A DNA stretch of 64,000 bases from Pristiophorus japonicus. Lineage: Eukaryota. Location: positions 144,832,001 to 144,896,000 of the forward strand of contig NC_091984.1 in NCBI RefSeq assembly GCF_044704955.1, written 5' to 3'. A model generated the notes under the pieces. It ran no database searches. It worked only from the letters and a program-made list of their open reading frames with translations, and had not been told where the DNA came from. The position numbers were made by a program, and so were the translations under genes. Shown here piece by piece: positions 60,801 through 64,000 of this stretch (its first letter is position 1; each line of letters starts with the position of its first letter).

Positions 60801-63800
60801 GACCCCCTCCTTTTTAACCCCCTCTCTATCCCGTCTGAAAACCCTGTAACCAGGAATGTTGAGCTGCCATACCTGCCCTTCCTTCAGCCATGTCTCAGTA
60901 ATAGCTATAATATCGTACTCCCAAATGTCTATCTGTGCTCTCATCTCATCTGCCTTATTCCCGAGACTCCATGCAATGAAGTATATACCATTGAGCACTG
61001 CCAGACTGCCTTGTTGTCTATTTTCTAGGTTTGTTTCCTCTGTCTTCCAAATTCACTTTCTACTTTTCTGCTTTCCAATTCCAGCTTTGCTTCTCTCCCA
61101 ACTGTATCTATTCTCCGCGACCCATCCCCTGCCAAGTTAGTTTAAACCCTCCCCAACAGCACTAGCAAAGCCCCCGCGAGGATATTGGTCCCAGCTCTGT
61201 TGAGGTGCAACCCGTCCGGCTTGTATAGGTCCCACCTCCCGCAGAAACGGTCCCAATGCCTCAGGAAATTAAAGCCCTCCCTCCTGCATCATCTCTCCAG
61301 CCACGCATTCATCTGCTCTATCCTCCTATTTCTGTACTCACTAGCACGTGGCACCGGGAGTAATCCGGAGATTACTACCTTTGAGGTCTTGCTTTTTAAT
61401 CTCTCTCCAAGCTCCCAAAACACTGCCTGTAGGACCTCATCCCTCTTTCTACCTATGTCATTGGTACCGATATGGACCACAATCTCTGGCTGTTCACCCT
61501 CCCCCTCAGAATGTACTGCAGCCACTCAGTGACATCCTTGACCCTGGCACCAGGCAGGCAACATACCATCCTGGAGTCACGTCTGCGGCCGCAGAAATGC
61601 CTGTCTGTTCCTCTAACTATCGAATCCCCTACCACTATTGCTCTTCCACTCTTCTTCCTCCCCCCTGTGCAGCTGAGCCACCCGTGGTGCCATGGACTTG
61701 GCTCTGGCTGCACTTCCTAGAGGCACCATCGCCCCCACCAGTACTCAGAACACAATACTGGTTGGAGAGTGAGATGGACTCAGGGGACTCCTGCACGACC
61801 TGCCTGGACCTCCTCTTCTGTCTGGTGGTCACCCATTCCCTCTCGGCCTGCACACTCTTAAGCTGCGTGGTGGCCACCTCTAGAAACGTGCTATCCACGA
61901 AGTTCTCAGCCTCGCGGACGCACCGCAGTGACTCCAGCCGCCGCTCAATCTCCGAAACGCGGAGCTCGAGTTGCTGTAGCTGACACTTTCTGCACATGTG
62001 GTCGTCTAGGCCACAAGAAGTGTCCAGGACTTCCCACATGACACAGGATGTGCTCTCCACGGGACAGAACTGCCCTGCCATGCCTCTATTTAAAAGACTG
62101 AGAACGAACTTCGCAGAAATAAACTTAAAACGAAAAAAAAACAAATAACGACCTGGCCCTCATCATTCAAGCCATAATTTCGGGATTTGTTCACCCCACT
62201 GAGGGCAAACACCGTCGATGGGCCATTAATGGGCCTTAAGTTTTCAGCTCAGTCAGCTGTGGCTCAATGGGCAGCACACTCACCTCTGAGTCTGAAAGTT
62301 GTGGGTTCACGTCCCACTCCAGAGACGTGAAACGGATAGCACCCAGTGAGTCGTGTCCGCCTCCTGTGAGCCATGTCCATGAATGGTGTACGTGAGCCGT
62401 GTCTGCGCTGGGCCTGTGGATCATTAACCGGTCCGCACTTCACTTGCGGGGTGAAATTTACCGGGAGGTGCGTGCTGTCGCACCCCGTCATTTGTTTTTG
62501 ACGACTTACCGGTCGGGCCTTTCTGTGCCGATGTGGTGGGGTCGATGCCGCGATGGTGCAACCCGAAACTCGGCGCTGAGCCCATCCCCAGGGGAAGTGC
62601 AGCGCGCCACATTGCGCTCCATTTCCTGTCAGGTGTCGTGACCCCAATTTCGCTTCCAGGGCGGGATTTCGACGTGGGAAAAGTTACCGCCCCAACCGGG
62701 GCTATACGCAATTTGGGCCCATTATCTGGTCATAGCCACATGTGGGAGCTTGCTGTGCACAAACTGTCTGTCATGTCTTCTGTATTACCGCAGTGACTAT
62801 ACTTCAAAAATACTTCATTGGCTGTAAAGCGTTTTGGGACATCCTGAGGTGGTGAAAGGCGCTATATAAATGCAAGTCTTTCTTTCCAATTCAGCTCTAC
62901 ATCTTTGAAACCCAAACCCGCGGACAGTGACGGACAGGTAAAGACCCTGTGGTCCATCCAGCCCATCCCACACAATTGCAATACCTTGTGTATCACAGTA
63001 TAGACTCTCCACCCCACCCAAAACTACCTGATCTCCTGGGAGAGGCGAAAAACTAGGTAAAAAACCCATTGGGGGGAAATAAATCTGGGAAACTCCTCTC
63101 TGACCTCTGCGCCCGCGCCCACCACCCCCCCCCCCCTGCCCCCCGCCCTCAGGCGATGGAAACTAGTCCAGGAGGTCACTGTAGCCCTGAATTCCCTGCA
63201 GTAACTACCTTCTGTAAGTGGTGATCTCCGCACCGGCCACAAACAGGTCCTGCTCTCGCTTATGTACAACTCATGGATTTAAAATTACAAGTTTTCCCCA
63301 CAGTGTCAAGTGCTGCAAATACGTGTTACATAGAAACATAGAAAATAGGTGCAGGAGTAGGCCATTCGGCCCTTCGAGCCTGCACCGCCATTCAATAAGA
63401 TAATGGCTGATCATTCACTCAGTGCCCCTTTCATGCTTTCTCGCCATACCCCTTGACCCCTTAGCCATATCTAACTCGCTCTTGAATATATCCAATGAAC
63501 TGGCATCAACAACTCTCTGCGGTAGGGAATTCCACAGGTTAACAACTCTCTGAGTGAAGAAGTTTCTTCTCATCTCAGGCCTCAATGGCCTACCCCTTAT
63601 CCTGAGACTATGTCCCCTGGTTCCGGACTTCCCCAACATCGGGAACATTCTTCCCGTACCTAACCTGTCCCTTCCCGTCAGAATCTTATACATTTCAATG
63701 AGATCCCCTTTGTTGGGGAGGGCATCAAACTGGAAATTAGGGGTGCATGCAATAAAGGTGCAGCAGTTATCATGAGTGACTTTAATATGCATATAGATTG

Positions 63801-64000
63801 GGCTAACCAAACTGGAAACAATACGGTGGAGGAGGATTTCCTGGAGTGCATAAGGGATGGTTTTCTAGACCAATAAGTCGAGGAACCAACCAGGGGGGAG
63901 GCCATCTTAGACTGGGTGTTGTGTAATGAGAGAGGATTAATTAGCAATTTCATTGTGCGAGGCTCCTTGGGGATGAGTGACCATAATATGGTGGAATTCT
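54838..64000 (+). repeat. Segmental duplication, copy B (runs off the window)
   Basis: Matches 33547-43080. Confidence 0.95.

Overview
Repeat-saturated vertebrate genomic DNA, almost certainly from a cartilaginous fish (shark). The only host gene segment I can support is an intact kappa-type immunoglobulin light-chain constant exon (10541-10869, +) with its poly(A) signal. I could not find a V or J segment in the window. The rest is nested transposable elements: many CR1 LINE fragments (three with esterase-type ORF1), L2 and RTE fragments, Deu-domain tRNA SINEs, Harbinger remnants, two nested Mag-like Gypsy elements, a solo LTR and an ERV-like 3' fragment. There is also a recent ~21-kb-period segmental duplication. 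The most unusual system lies just downstream of the C exon. It is a head-to-tail array (11988-18513, - strand) of three copies of a short poly(A)-tailed element built from spliceosomal snRNA pieces (U2 5' end + U1 5' end + U2 3' half + U2 5' again + unique tail), plus a near-full-length Tx1-clade LINE whose own 5' end is U2 snRNA nt ~2-44. A fourth copy at 46558-46928 has its own target-site duplication. This looks like an snRNA-derived SINE family (SINEU-like; I know this class only from crocodilians) next to its likely autonomous partner. snRNA and protein family matches are by-eye comparisons with remembered consensus sequences, not database searches.
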